Shown here: positions 37,401-50,902 of the stretch, one piece after another
How the letters are laid out: each line of letters starts with the position of its first letter
Numbering within the stretch: position 1 is the first letter of the stretch
From: Ascidiella aspersa
Taxonomy: Eukaryota
Reading direction: 5' to 3'
DNA length: 64,000 bases
Assembly: GCA_963924565.1 (NCBI GenBank)
Contig: OZ004608.1
Coordinates: 6,076,001-6,140,000 of the forward strand
The notes under the pieces: model-generated
Told to the model about the DNA's origin: nothing
The model's input: the letters and a program-made list of their open reading frames with translations, nothing else
Databases searched by the model: none
Program-made: the position numbers and the translations under genes

Positions 37401-38210
37401 GACGCATTTTTTAACAATACAGATTACATGTTTGTAGCACAACTTAAGCCGCTATCGAAATGCGGAATGTGTTTAACACATTTACAACAGTCTTGTAGTC
37501 CTAAACGTTTAACCTTGAAAGACCTGTTAAAACGTTGTTGGTTGATAAAGCGTAGACTGTTGTCGCAATGTTTGTAGAAACTTCATTTTGTGACTGGAGA
37601 GTGGTGAACGGTTGTGTTGTTTGTGGTGGAGCTTGTTCTGCAAATAAAAGCACGCGATTTTTATAAAGTCAATTTTAAGTGTAAATAGTCAGACTTACTA
37701 ATCGTTCTTTGGCAAATGTATTTTTCTGATCTGCTGCATTTTATGTCAACCCAAGGATAGTCCTGTCCACTTTTATTCATCGCTGCGCAATCCTCCACCC
37801 AAAGAAACCAACTGTTCGGTTCTCCAGGTTTCCAATTCTTATAATTTAACTTCGAACCGTCCAGCCATTCGAATATGCTGTTGGTTGCTCTTTTCAATCC
37901 GATATAATAATTGTTTGTACCTGAAAATAGAGGCGCAATTACAGTACGTCACAACTCGTGCTCTTGGTTGAACTTGTTTGAAAACACTACCTGCAATATT
38001 TCGCAGTTCATTCGCTAAAAATGTTTGTATCCTAGACGAGTTGACTTTTACCAGACTTCCATTTAATCTAACACACTCTTCTGCAGCTTGATGGAAAGTT
38101 TTTTTGTTGGTGCTTTCGATGTGGTATTCCAGGTTGTCCAATTGATGCCAAATAGCAAAAGCACTACCAAACAATGTTACAACAATTGTCACACAAAGCA
38201 GCTTAATCAT
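34447..38210 (-). CDS. C-type lectin receptor A3: intact EPN-type CTLD, stalk, TM, ITIM-bearing tail
   Basis: Exons 38210-37991, 37920-37699 (YYIGLKRATNSIFEW..WKPGEPNSWFLWVEDC..WVDIKC..YICQ), 37637-37524, 37208-37191, 37100-37026, 35989-35915, 35727-35610 (TM), 35540-35488, 35013-34750, 34577-34447. If the last intron is retained the protein ends at 34721. Confidence 0.75.
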
Positions 38211-41200
38211 CCTACAGTATATGGCTGTGTTGCGAGCTAAAAAGCTTTTTAAACTGAATGGGCATATAATAAAACTCGTACGAATGTTCCACTAAAGGCA
38301 ACCTTATGATAACCTCGAATACTATAGTTGCATATAGCCTATTGATTCCAGACAAACTGTAAAACCGCCTCTTCCTATGGTGTATGTGACGCATTACACT
38401 TTGCAAGATACTCAGGAATTGTGTGGGACAAAGCCCTGGCGGAATTGTTTATAAAATGTAGGTTTCAAATAGGTTTTAAAAAAGTTTAACAGAGTACAAG
38501 TGCGTTAAAAAAATGTACTTCTTCTTAGACATGATAGAGTGCTGGCTCGCACTGCTTGCTCTTTTGCAATGTTATGATACTCGAAACCCCAGTAGGTAAA
38601 CGTGGTCGATGATCTTACAATATTCCACGAGTTTGTCGTCCACCAGTATATCGGGGGTTTACCTTAACCCTAGGCCGTCAGCGTGAAGCAATTTAAAAAA
38701 TTTTCACTATTTAATTTTTTCTTTGTGCTGTCATATATTTTCTCTCGGAAACATTTTAATGGTTAGACAACATTAATCTTTTTATATGAAGCCGCCAGAC
38801 ACAGTTTAACGTTTTGTTAAGCTTAAATTGATTTTAACAGCTCATGTTGCAAAACGCAACATTAAAGAAGTCTAAAATAACCGCACTCCATTATGTTGTT
38901 CTATCCGTTTTGTGAAAGAAACTTTTGACCAAGAACATTAGTGTTTTTTAAATTAACTTATTTGCCACAAATAAACGACTGGGTAAAAATCTGTGGCAAC
39001 ATTTGACATAATAAAGAAAAATCCTATTTTTTTTTAAATGTTTCCCTGGGACCAAATATTTTTAACCCCTTTAATGCTTTTAGCGGGATAACCTCCAAAA
39101 GTACCTGGAGCAAAAAATACACAAGGTTATCGATGCCCGAAAGATGTTTGGTTGCAATATTGTAACTTTGTAGGGCAGTGTTTATTCAATTTTTTTTGTT
39201 TTGTTAACCCCTAGCTATCTTCAGATTTCATTCAACCTTGTCTCATGATACGATAAAACTAACTTGTCTATATATAACTGCACAAAATGTCTTACTGCAG
39301 AGCTATCATCCATTTCTGACGATTCACCCTTATTCACCCCTTTTAGTTGGTTCACCCTGCACAATTTTTATTCACCCTAGGGTGAACCATCCATCTGTTT
39401 AAGAAACATGTTTTAGGTTGTTTAACGTCACTTTCGCCTTTGGCACAAAAATGCTACGTTTTTTTTAAATACGCCCATCACCGGTAAGTGTCGCTTTCGC
39501 ACAACTAAGAAATCTAATATTTGCGCTGGTTAATTTGCACAGAGCCTGACTTCGGGAAAACTCAGTAAAATCGGCGAGAACTTGAGCTTCATTTTGCCGC
39601 GACGGCAATGAACAATAATCACTAAATTTATGACATATGTAGTAAGAATAGCAAAGCCAATACTGAAGTTTAAACGTTTCGAATAACTCTTTATTTGTTT
39701 TCAATATCAGACATATGGATGATTAATCCAACTGTTGGACATGTTGTTTTATATAGAGCTCATGCTGGTCATTTAGCGTTTCCACAATGGCTTAACCAAA
39801 TAGCAAAAGTACTTTGAATCAGAGCAAAAACAACAATCGTAGTTAAGACGATGTACATCATTAACGGTGGTGAAAACAACTAAATCCCAATCTTAAAAAT
39901 GTTACTCAGGCAAACCGTGCCTACATCTAACCTCATGATAAGCTATTCAAATAACGTAATGCACAGGAAATGTGTGCAGTAGAACGTTAAGAAGGTTAGT
40001 TAAGGTAACTTTAAAAACTCGGCGGTAACTGAGCGTTTAAGGATCGCAATATTTAATTTTTTCGTTTCTCACCGAAACCAAAAAATAAATGAAAATAAAT
40101 ACTAAACAGATTTAGAATTTTGTACGTTAACTTGAAACATAGTTTTTTCAGTTTTTAATTGACTTTTGCAGAGAGCCTGACTTTAGGAAACGTAATTTAT
40201 TTCGGACTTATGATGTATTTCATATGGCCGTGATGTTGATTAAACCTGCATTTGACATATTTTATTAAATTGATTTGCCAAACTGTTCGAACACGCAGCA
40301 CAAGCGCGGTGGTTCAGAGGTTTTACAAATTTATGTTTAATAAAACCTAGCATAAATGGAACTTAGTGTAATGTTGGGTGAATTGTTGACAAAGTCCTAC
40401 AATAAGAACAATGGTTGCTTACAGAACACTTTTGCTGTGTGTCATCTGAGTTGTGTTGTTAGGATTTTCAACATTTCAACGGTTCTTCTCAATTTAAACG
40501 AAAATCCTATTGTGTCAACTATAATATACACTGTCCTGCTTTGCCTATTATTTTCTCAACTAAGAAACAACGTACGTCGATGTTTGCGAACTACTGTAGT
40601 TTATTATGTTAAGTCAGGGGTCAGCAGAGTGAATTCTATCGGCCCGCTGCATATTTCCTTAATGATGATCAAGTGCAGTTGAAAATTTGTCGGATTCAAG
40701 TACAAATTAACTTTTGCTTAATATTTTAAACTGAACAACAAATGATTAAAACTCACTATACAGTTGCATAATTGGTTATAAATTATTCGTTAGGCAAAAA
40801 TCGTGTGAACTAATTGGACAGAAAATTTAACTCCGGCTCGCTATGGCCCGATCTTACAGATAATTCGACAATTTATGTCAAAAGTGGTGGCTCCTGTGTT
40901 AAGCCCTGTAGATAAATTGGCCTCCATATATTCTTCAGGTTTTTCTTTAAAAAGTGTAGGATTAAGCGACATCGATTAAAAAATCCAGAACCTTTTATTA
41001 TTGTCGAAAATGTTATGAAATATAGACAATTTACAGGAATTTATGAAACGTAAGTCACATAGAAAATCGTGTGTTATTTTTTAGTGGCGGAATATTTATA
41101 GCAACTTTTGTAAAACTATTTATTGATACAAATTTTTACAGTAGTTAAACAAACATTTTTTCTTGTAATTCGTGCGATACAAGAGTTGTTTTTTGTGCTA

Positions 41201-41615
41201 TTTAACAAACATCTGTATACTGTGCGAATAACAGTATTACTCATAAAGGACATTATTTATGAATGTTGTTTTAGATGCTAAGGTCAGGTCTATAAACCGA
41301 ATCTAAAGTTTTAGGTATTTGCCTTGCACAGAACTGCACCTACAGAAAATAGTGCGAATAACAGTATTACTCATGAAGGACATTATTTATGAATGTTGTT
41401 TTAGATAATAAGGGTCAATTCTATGAAGCCAATCTAAAGTTTTAGGTAATTACCTTGCACAGAACCCCAACTACACCTACATAAAATATAAAAATGGATT
41501 AGTCAGGAAGCATAAAACTCCCAATTTACGTCCAATATTGTTTATACCGAGAAATTAACATTTAATTTTTTAACTGCTGTAAGGAGGCTTTCACTGGTAT
41601 TGCATTTGTTTGGGC

Positions 41616-44600
41616 CTAGTTGTTAGATTGTTCTTGGGTCCTAAACTCGACGTATCCCGGATCTTTTTCCTCATTTTCCTGGACTGGAAACACTGGGTTG
41701 GGTTTCACGTAAACGCCTTCTTCTTCGTGAGTACATTCTTCTGGACCTTAAAATACTATGGATTATCATGCAATTTGTTAAAAATTGATAAAGTATTTTT
41801 TTCTTAGGTTTTCTGTATATATTACAAACTTAATAACTTTGGTACATCACTGACTGTTGCTTAAAACGTTTTCTGAATTAAAGCATTTTTATTCTGCAGC
41901 GGTATATGAGAATTAAGGAGACAAGTCATAATTTTAGACGATTAAAATAAAAAATAATTTAGGCTTACTGTTAAATAAACTTCTTGACCTGCTTAATTAT
42001 CGCGTAACAATTCCTAGATTTGTCGATATACTTTCGTTACATCTTTTATTAGTTTTTTTTATTATAAGTGTTGCATTCAGCGATGAGTGAAATTTCAACA
42101 GCTATTCACTTCGAATTATTCCCAGATTTATTTAACAGTTTTTAAATAATCTAACAAGCAAAGTTTCGCACATTTTAAGGAGTTTAGTCCAGAGAATACA
42201 AGAAGAGTTTGCGAATTTCCGGTGGTAGTTTAGATTGAAAATAGAAACAATTTTTTCAGTCTAGAATCGCTTAATATCTTCTCCATTTCTCGGTGTATTT
42301 CGTGGCATAGATTTTAGTCTAATCGACTCATTTCGTATCCGTTCATTTTGGTGCCAACACTAAAAGGAGGACTAGTTATAGTGCACGTAGCATTACGTTT
42401 AAAATTGGTGTTAACGTAGATATGTGATGTGCTTGCTATGGGAACTTCGTAGGCACTTTCCATCACCACTTCAGACTCCTTTTTAGGGAATCTAACAATT
42501 TAGGAAATTTTTAACTCTGGGTAAATGGTCAAGCTATTGATATTAATTACATTTACAATGTCACACAAATCTTTTGTTTATTTGAAGGGCAAATTAGGTT
42601 AATTTATGTCTTTTTACTTTAAAAAATAATAGTTTCATGAGCATCAGCTTATTGAATTTCTATAAATACCCAAAACATGTTAAACATAATAATCATAATA
42701 CGTTTCGGTTGGCCATCCTTGCGCTTATTGGCAAAAGTGAAAATCTAAACAGTTGTTTTGTTTATATTAAAACGTTGTCACCCATCTCGAGCAACAGTTT
42801 TTATTCGGTTGTATGTCTTTACTTGCCTTATCTGGTGACGTAGCTGAAAAATATTTATGCCAACGGATGCCAACAAGAGAAGAACAAGAACGACTACCGC
42901 TATGGTGAGACCGTGGGCAGATTCCGTTTTAACAGACCTGTTTTGAGCTATGAATAGAGCAATAGTTAAGTGTAGTTTTCTAGGTAAATTTTATTTTCTA
43001 CAACACCCTTTGTTCTATGAGTAAAAAACGTCTTGAGGAGGGTATGACTAATTTTACCACTTTTTATAGAATCCCGGTATACACTTATATATTCCCATTT
43101 TGCCAGCATTTTATCATTAATGCCATTTTTAAACCGCTTTTCGTGTATTGCGTCGCATTATTTTTGTCGTGGCGCATTAAAGTGTATTGGCGGCATCAAG
43201 TTTAGGTCCGTGCTCCGTAACCTTTTTTACTCACGATACACCAACAGAGCCTGAACAAATTCGGCGGCACACCTCCGAAATATTTGACGACCGACAATAG
43301 ACAACATAAGCAAATATATTTATGGTTTTACGGGTTCTTCTGAAAACATCTTTAGACGGTTGGGGTGCTCAAATTGCACCCCGTGAAGTAGTGGATAGGA
43401 GAAGATTGAAGGCTTTAAACAGCATATTTCAAAAATGAAATCCAATAATTGGGTTTTGTACTTTTTTGCCTAATTTATTTTTTTGGAAGATGCTGTTTTT
43501 AACAATACTTTTTTAAAGATTATTTTTAACAATCACTGTAATACATTAACTTCGGTTTTAAGCGTATGGATAATTATCTTCGTTCAAACTTTGGTATAAA
43601 GTACACATTTACTGTCTAATTATACTCCTGGTAGTTGTACGAGTTAAATAAACTATTTTAACGTTTAAATTTGGCAATTGAACCTTACTTAGGTTCTAAA
43701 CGAGGTTGAAATATAAAAAAGGAAAGTTGCACACCAAAAAAGGAAAGTTGCACGTCAAAAGTAGCATTTAAAAAAAAGAAAAAAGTAAAGCACATCGAGA
43801 AGCATCGCGACACACATGACATGGTATAGCGGCATAGCAGTTTGCCACGGCACACCGGTTGCGGAGTACTGTTTCAGACGTTGCGTGGAAGTGCTTAAAG
43901 TTAATTAGTTTGGCTTCCTCAGGGCGCAGAACAAAAACTGATACTACGTGTAAAAATAACTCCCTAATTTAAACGCGAAATTAGCGCACGTTGCAAAGTT
44001 TTAACCCACTCGTATTTGGTTGCCGGTATATTTGACAAAACCGTAGCCCGACCCAATAGTTTGTGTTAGTTTTTCGGGTTTCTGGTTTTCGCATTGTGAA
44101 AATTGATAGTTGATGAAATCATAACGTTATGGTTTTTATATTTTATATTAGGATTTGTGCTTGATTAAGAAAGTCTCAAACAACTTTATTCATATGTAAG
44201 TGGTTTAAGATATGTTTTTACTTTGCTTCTCTTTTTGGCTCGATTAATGAATATTTTTTATCAAATGTAAAACCATTGCAAAATCACATGAGTCAGCACC
44301 AACTTACCTGATACAGTGGTGGAAGTGGTTGGAGCCGCGGTGTTAGCTTTGGCAGTAGAAGCGGAATTCACGGTGGTCGTTTGTATTGCTTTGGTTGAAA
44401 CTGAAGTAAACGGTGAAGAAGAGACAGAGTTGGTTTGAATTTTTGCAATGCATGATAAAAAAATTAGTTTTGTTACACATTTTCGTCGCGACAATATATG
44501 TATAGCGCCTTTTTAACGCCTATAGTGAAGTTTTACAAAATTGCAATTTTTCTTGCTTAAACTAGTTATTTTAATTTTTGCACAGTATATTCGGTTATAA

Positions 44601-45610
44601 TGTTTTAAGTAAAGCTTACTAATTCAAAAATTTAGCTGGACGCAACTTGGTGCCGTTTCCCCGAAGATTTTAAGGGAACCTTTAAACAGAAATCATTTAT
44701 CCTTGTCACATTATTTAGCTATAACATTCGATTTATTTTTTTGTATTCGATTTGTAGCATTTTTCAATTGAGCTGTCCGGTTTCTGTTTATTTCTATTAT
44801 TTACAAAACCAATAGGATGTTTTTACATACCAATGGTTCTCTGGCATATGCACCCGAGTGCTGTGGTGGCGCGAGGAATGCCATACCACAGTAAATTGTC
44901 AGGATATACCCATAGTGACGTAACTCTTACCAACAACATTATTTCATCCGTTGTCAGGTTGCCCATGTCCCCAGGACGTATTTTACACTGACCAGTTCTA
45001 CTTTAAACCAGCATAGCAAATTTGGAATTTTGATAATAAAAGCGAAATATATTAAGTCAAACCGTTTCGTGTTTAATATGTTATCTTTGTTATATTTTAC
45101 TCACCAATAGTTCTTTGACAAATGTACCCGAAAGTTCTGCCGCAAGAAATGTCATTCCACAATAAACTGGTACTCCAACTAGTCCCCATTGTGACGCACT
45201 CCTCTATTCCTCCATGGTTGTCAGGTTGGTATTTCCCCATGACGTATACACCAAAGCTGTTCAATCCATCCATCGAAACTCACCATCATTTGCATTCCGC
45301 TTCAAACCGATGTAAAATCCCTTGTTTGGAACTGGAAACATACGTTGGTTAACGCCACAAGTGATGTAAAACTACAAGCAATTGAAAGGTTTTTGCACGA
45401 ACCTGTAAAATTTGTCAGAAAATTCTGAATCGTTGAAGAGTTGACTTTTGCTAAAGTCGCGTTTAGATTTCTACAAGCGGCACTTGCTCCATCAAAATTT
45501 GTCGAAACGCTCACAGCAATGTAGTATTCCTTCCCGCTTAACTGGTGCCAAGTAACAGCTGTTGTTGCTGTCAGAAGATAACACGCAACTAGTAATGAAG
45601 CGATTCGCAT
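41616..45610 (-). pseudogene. C-type lectin receptor B3 pseudogene
   Basis: Exon 1 45610-45403 is open. Exon 2 45331-45105 has TGA at 45263-45261 plus a 1-nt deletion before QPD. A second decayed CTLD half-exon lies at ~44980-44831. The stalk exon (~44435-44308) lost its acceptor by deletion. TM 42947-42827 and tail exons 42491-42397 and 41746-41616 remain open. Confidence 0.8.
43208..43871. mobile_element. hAT-like MITE (paralog of 8615-9248)
   Basis: TIRs ccgtgctccgtaacc / ggttgcggagtactg. Confidence 0.7.
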
Positions 45611-46350
45611 TTTCGTGAATTGATTTTTAAATATTCTAAACGAAACTAAAAACAAAAATTATAAACTGAACCGATTTTGGTTTCAGTGATTGTAGGGTAC
45701 ACGACTAATTATCGACTAAGGGCTTTTGTGTTTAAGGTGCAATTTACGCTGTATCGGCTTATGCCACAGATTTATTGTCTACTCGCACCAAAATGTAAAC
45801 TTACTGGCTTGCATTTTCTCTGGGCGGTCAGCACAGAGATTTGTGTACTCAAGACCGCTATCTGCTTGAAAACTATCTCTTCTTTGTTATCGACTCGTGT
45901 TGTTCACGGTTTTGATATTTGCAAGTATTGTCGCCGGTCTATATTTTAACTGGTTGTTCGCTTATCAGATAATACAATTAATAATCACCAGAAGCATTGT
46001 GGTTAGCAAACGAGTATACCCACGCAACCTTAAAACGAGAGTCAGAAGCTTCAACATTAACCTTCGTGTCCCACAATTGCATTGAAGGTTGATTTACCGA
46101 CCACTTCAAAACTTATGCACTATTAGCAACGGAAAACTAATAAATATATTTGCAAAACTTAACCTTACATCATGATGGACTTTGATTCAATCAAATAGTT
46201 TCAACTCTATACTGCTTTCCATATCTCTTTATGATGGTGCCAGTGTATAGATGAAATACCCGGTGTTTCCCAGGTAGACTGTCTATCAGTTTAATTCTAA
46301 CTGATAAATGGCTGCAGTTGAGCCAGACATTTAAATTTATACCACCGGCA

Positions 46351-46417
46351 ATACTCACGATCTATTGTGAATACTCACGATCTATTGTGAATACTCACGA
46401 TCTATTGTGAATACTCA
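46351..46417. repeat. 20-bp tandem repeat, about 3.3 copies
   Basis: Unit atactcacgatctattgtga. Single copy at the paralogous site near 58250. Confidence 0.9.
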
Positions 46418-46880
46418 TTGCGTTTTGCGTGGTTATACAAAATGAAACAAACTTTCATACCGTGGGCTCTTCGTCACTTTTGTATAAAAAAATTATCATC
46501 GGAAACTTCAGTCAATATGTGAACGGTAGTTAGCAATTTTTGTATAAAACATTCAATCGTAAATCAGCATTACGTCAGCTTCTTACTAACCCAAAATATT
46601 TTAGGAAGAAATTTCTATATTGTTACTGTCACTATCTAATATCTTTTTAGTGCTAGGATATTAACGCACGTTGCATAAAAGTGAAACATGTTATCTTTAT
46701 TATTACTTGCTTACTACGACTATTATAGGTATTACTTCAAATTCAGTCTTATTCCAACTGTGTTTTATTCCGATTGTGATGTTCTTCTTATCTCGGTCTT
46801 ATGAATGGAATCCGAATTTTCACACATTCCTTCTTTTTGAATTTATTATGGCAAAATCAAAATAAGCAGATTTGTCTTAC

Positions 46881-46963
46881 CTGATAGAGAGGTGGATTCC
46901 AAAGTAGTTGGAGCCGTGATGTTAGCTTTGGAAACGGAAACGAATTTCACGGTGGTTGTTTGT
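46881..46963 (-). pseudogene. Orphan 3' fragment of a mucin stalk exon
   Basis: Reads QTTTVKFVSVSKANITAPTTLESTSLS followed by G|GTAAGA. Its 5' part is replaced by MITE sequence. Confidence 0.65.
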
Positions 46964-47244
46964 TTTGTACTTTTTTCGCCTAATTTATTTTTTCAGAAGA
47001 GACTGTTTTTAACAATTTTTTTAAGATCATTTTTAAAAATCAATGTAATACATTTACTTTATGGGTTTTATGCGTTTTGATAATATTTCTTCAAACCTTG
47101 GTGTATAAAGTACACGGTTACTGTATATTTATACTCCTGGTGGTTGTACGAGTTAAATAAGGTTTTAAACGAGGTTTTTATATTTTACATACGTTTACAA
47201 CAACTGTAATGTACGACGAGCTCATTTGTTTCTCTATATTATTC

Positions 47245-47575
47245 CCCTCTGAGCTTATGTAGCTCAGTTGGTAGAGCGACGGTCTCCGTCTGACCGAGGT
47301 CGTGTGTTCGAACATCACCACAGGCTAGTTTTACGAACAAGATGCAGTAGACAAGAGTGCTATGATTGTTTCTCGACTTGTTACCCTCTGAGGCTGTACA
47401 GCTCACTTGGTAGATCAAAGTTGGAATCTCACCACGGGCTAGTTTTACAAACAAGATGCAGTTGGCAAGAGTGCTATGGTTGTTACTCGATTTGCCTTCT
47501 TTTAACCAGTACAGCTCAGTTGGTAGAGCCACGGTCCCGGTATGGCCGAGGTCGTGAGTTCGAACCTCACCGCAA
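47245..47575 (+). mobile_element. Three tandem tRNA-like (SINE/pseudo-tRNA) units
   Basis: A box tagctcagttggtagagc and B box gttcgaac. Anticodon-like stems cggtc/gaccg and cggtc/ggccg, loops lacking U33. Units 1 and 2 share a 3' tail. Confidence 0.65.
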
Positions 47576-48049
47576 TTTAGACTTTCTAATGCAGAAAATC
47601 CTATGTTATATTAAGGATTATTCAAAAACAGCAAATTCAAAATATTACACATTCTAAAAAAAACTAATTTTACTTCATGTAAATATAACAATGCGAGGTA
47701 CCGGTGTGTTAAGTCGGTCAGTTGGGTGAAAAAAATTTCAGGCGATCCAAGTAGTTTTCAGTAGCTTTAAAATTAAACATTAGATTAGACATGAATTATA
47801 AACCGTGTGCGCTACATAAAGCAAAAAAGCAAAACAAGCTTATCCTGTGTGTATATACATTGCCTATACATTGAAGGAAGATAATTTAGATAGGTTCGGA
47901 AAATAAAGGGCAGGTATAGGTGATCCTATGCGTACGGCATATTTTTTATTGGACAAATCACGCTTAAAACAAGTATGTTAATTTCGTCGTAGTATATATA
48001 GAACGACTTTTGTGACTTTTCAGTTAAGTAATACGTCTGGCAATTTTTA

Positions 48050-48445
48050 AATGGCTCCGGCTTCAGCCCCGGAGTCATAAAACTCAATCCTTTGGCTCCG
48101 GCTCCAGCTCCGGAGCCATCAAACACAGACCCAATGACTCCGGCTCCAGTTCCGGTGCCACCAGTCACTTATTCAATGGCAAGTTTTAAAAATTGCTTTT
48201 GGCTAATTAACGTTGGAGATGGGACAAATTATAATTTCTTAGCTTTAGCACCACAAATTGAAAAATGGCTCCAGCTCCGGCTCCAGCTCCGGCTCCAGCT
48301 CCACAAAAATAATAAAAAAGGCTCCGGCTCCTGCTCCAGCTCCAGCTCCAAAAAAATAATAACAATGGCTCCGGCTCCGGCTCCGGCTCTGGCTCCAGAG
48401 AAAATGCTTAGATCTGGGCTCCGGGGTTCCGGCTCCCCAGTCCTG
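48050..48445 (-). mobile_element. Terminal fragments of the GGAGCC-repeat hAT family
   Basis: 48170-48445 is the reverse-complement homolog of 62583-62830 (terminus CAGGACTGGGGAGCC). A further GGCTCC array lies at 48050-48170. Confidence 0.75.
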
Positions 48446-48488
48446 GTTGAAGGCACCTTTACGTAAAATAGCCAGTTGCTATATTTAC

Positions 48489-48687
48489 CGAGCACATTGG
48501 GAGTCTTGCTTTTTACGCTACTTCCAGCCCAGTTGATCGTCCTACATTCGTACAAACCACCGTTTCCTGAGTGGTTGTTGTTTCTAATGTAAAGAACAGA
48601 GTTGCCAGTTGATCCTTCCTTTGTTGTAGTTAAAACTTGATAAACTACAGTTGATGAACTTGAAGGTACCTCAGCATTGTTTGTTTC
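48489..48687 (-). other. Orphan exon encoding the C-terminal half of an Ig-like domain
   Basis: ttttcag|ETNNAEVPSSSTVVYQVLTTTKEGSTGNSVLYIRNNNHSGNGGLYECRTINWAGSSVKSKTPNVL-G|gtaaat. Matches the L-x-I..G-x-Y-x-C-x3-N-x-A-G pattern of Ig E/F/G strands. Confidence 0.6.
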
Positions 48688-50902
48688 CTGAAAATACTAA
48701 GATTCCATCTCAGTTTACAAACTGTTTTCATAGCAACTGTTTGCTGGTTCGTTACGTTTTGTCAGTATTCTGTTTTACCACCTTTTGTATAGGGACATGA
48801 TTTTTTGTGCTTTTTTTGACGTGTTCCATTTTTTCAAAAAAACAACAACGAAGTTTGGCGATATAATCTTAATTTAAAATAATTTACTTGTTTTTTATTT
48901 ATTTTAATATTAAGTAATAAAATTGGATCTTAATTACAACGACAATGCTCAAACGGTTTACTTAATCACTCTTTCGGTATCGAACAACAATATGTATCAA
49001 TCATCCTTAAACCCAACCACGGAATTAAATTGATGCCTAGAGAATAAAACTATCGACCTCATAGCTTGAGATTACAACAGGGTAGTAACTATATCATTAT
49101 AAAGTGTCTCTCGACCCATTGGTCGCGAAGGTTTTCCGAAAGCTTTAATTGATGATTGGAATACAAATAGGTTGTTACGTCACCGACTTACTTGGTGATG
49201 ACGTCACCGCCTTACTTAGTGATGACGTCAGCAAATATCGGCAAGTAAGGCTTCAGTTATTTACTGAGTTCGTTGCCGGGAAATAGCTTATACAAATAGG
49301 AGAAGCATGTGACTCATTTTAAATGATCCCAACACAACAGGGATACAAATAAACTTTGTAGGCGTCATACTAACATTACGACATTGAACATTGAATTTCA
49401 ATCCTGTTTATTTAATTCTGAACAAGTGTTAATAGTATGGCAGTACAAAAACGAATTCCTTATTATTGTTCAACATACATCTTTGCACGTATTTTAACGC
49501 ATGAAGAAAAATCAAATTTATACTACTTGAACAATACAACGCTAAGTTGAGCATGCAGGAAACTGGATAGCTTACGTTCACGTTAATTTCGAGCAAGATA
49601 TTTGAAAGGAAAAAATACTAACTGTTGAAACATTTTTTTAAATAATAAAATCTCATCGATAGGCGTTTGTAGTTTGACAAAACGTTTGGCCCAAAACATA
49701 TTTAATTATAATGCTTTAGGCTTAAGTCACAAACAAAAACTATGAAAAGTATAATCTAACTGCTTGACAATGGAATACATGTTAAAAGTATTGTTTGTTC
49801 AGGCAAGTTTAGCAAGTTTTAACAACAAATTAGGTTATAAAACATACAAGAAAAATAGGAGCATACACTTAACAAGCTTCACTTCAAACAGGAAGTGCTT
49901 GTCAAGTGATAAATTGCAGCGCGACTATGAGTATCCATACACCATATTTTTTTCGTCTTGACAAAGACTTGGCAACCTCAGTAGCGCAGTATCCAATCAA
50001 TAACTTAACGTGCTTAAATTGTGCTACCGTTGTGAATATACGGGGCCTGTATGACATTAGGTTGGGCATTTTAAGTGGTGATATGCTAACAAGTACTAAC
50101 AGTATGTATAGTTTAATTTGGTATGGAGGATCAAAATTTCAGCACACCTATTTGCCTTTAGCTTCGTGGATTAGGCTTAGCATAAAATATTTAAAAATGA
50201 CTTATAGAAACCAGTTGGCTTAAGAAACCTGCTGTTTTATCTATATAACGGAGTCTAGATACATTCAAGGCAAAGACGCCAAAGCGGTTCGGTTATTTCG
50301 AAAAATATCTCTATATCTTAAATTATACGACAAGAATTCAATTAGGCTTCCATAGACCCCTAAACCGAGTCCAAGTAACCCACCAAGGGGCCCACGGACC
50401 CAAGTTTAACAACCCCTGTGCGTTTCATTCATCGAATTACCAGGGGCGAGAATAGCGTTGCTTGACCACCACCTGGCTAAAAATCGGATTTTTTAAACTA
50501 ATCGGCAGTTTATACTTCACTTTAGTGAACCTTGAATTCATAAATATTTCCCCCTTATGTGTACGATTTTATCACGTATGTTTTGCCGGCTTTATAAAAT
50601 GTTCATGGAGATAAACTAATAATATTACAGAGGTTGTAAACGTGACAAAATTAAAGAAAACACAATGCAGTTTCTCAAACGGTATACATTATTATGAGCG
50701 TCAATATTCAAAACCGTATAATTTTAAAATGTTTGACGCGGACACGCTTTATATACATTTTAAAAATAACTGTATATAACAATGCTGAAAATTGACAACC
50801 GAAGAAAGAAATAGATTTAAACAATAGAAAGATACAGAGCCTAATTTAAAATTAACTCGGCGATAACAAATCAGGCAAATATTGTTACAGTAATCTCTAC
50901 AG

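Larger units (their letters stand above)
24216..39464. repeat. Segmental duplication unit 2
   Basis: Collinear with unit 1 but lacks about 3.2 kb (equivalent of 16120-19342). The part 32850-34580 is visibly more diverged than the rest. Confidence 0.85.
39465..46650. repeat. Segmental duplication unit 3 (partial, B gene only)
   Basis: Collinear with 4884-12570. Shares the ~130-bp tandem duplication (6580-6830 / 41220-41470) with unit 1 but not with unit 2. Confidence 0.8.

Noticed and set aside
6993-38210. Naming the receptors as Dectin-1, CD94, fester/FcoR or other known genes
   Set aside because: Topology differs from type II CLRs and I cannot establish orthology without searches, so symbols are left blank.
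45261-45263. TGA recoding (selenocysteine or readthrough) in B3
   Set aside because: An accompanying frameshift and lost acceptor point to simple pseudogenisation.
47245-47575. Functional tRNA genes
   Set aside because: Anticodon loops lack U33, stems are mismatched or deleted, and the units are tandem with shared tails.
48092-48466. Pro/Ala-rich and GAGA-rich ORFs (also 47926-48168 and 62464-62796)
   Set aside because: Translations of GGCTCC subterminal repeats of a hAT element.
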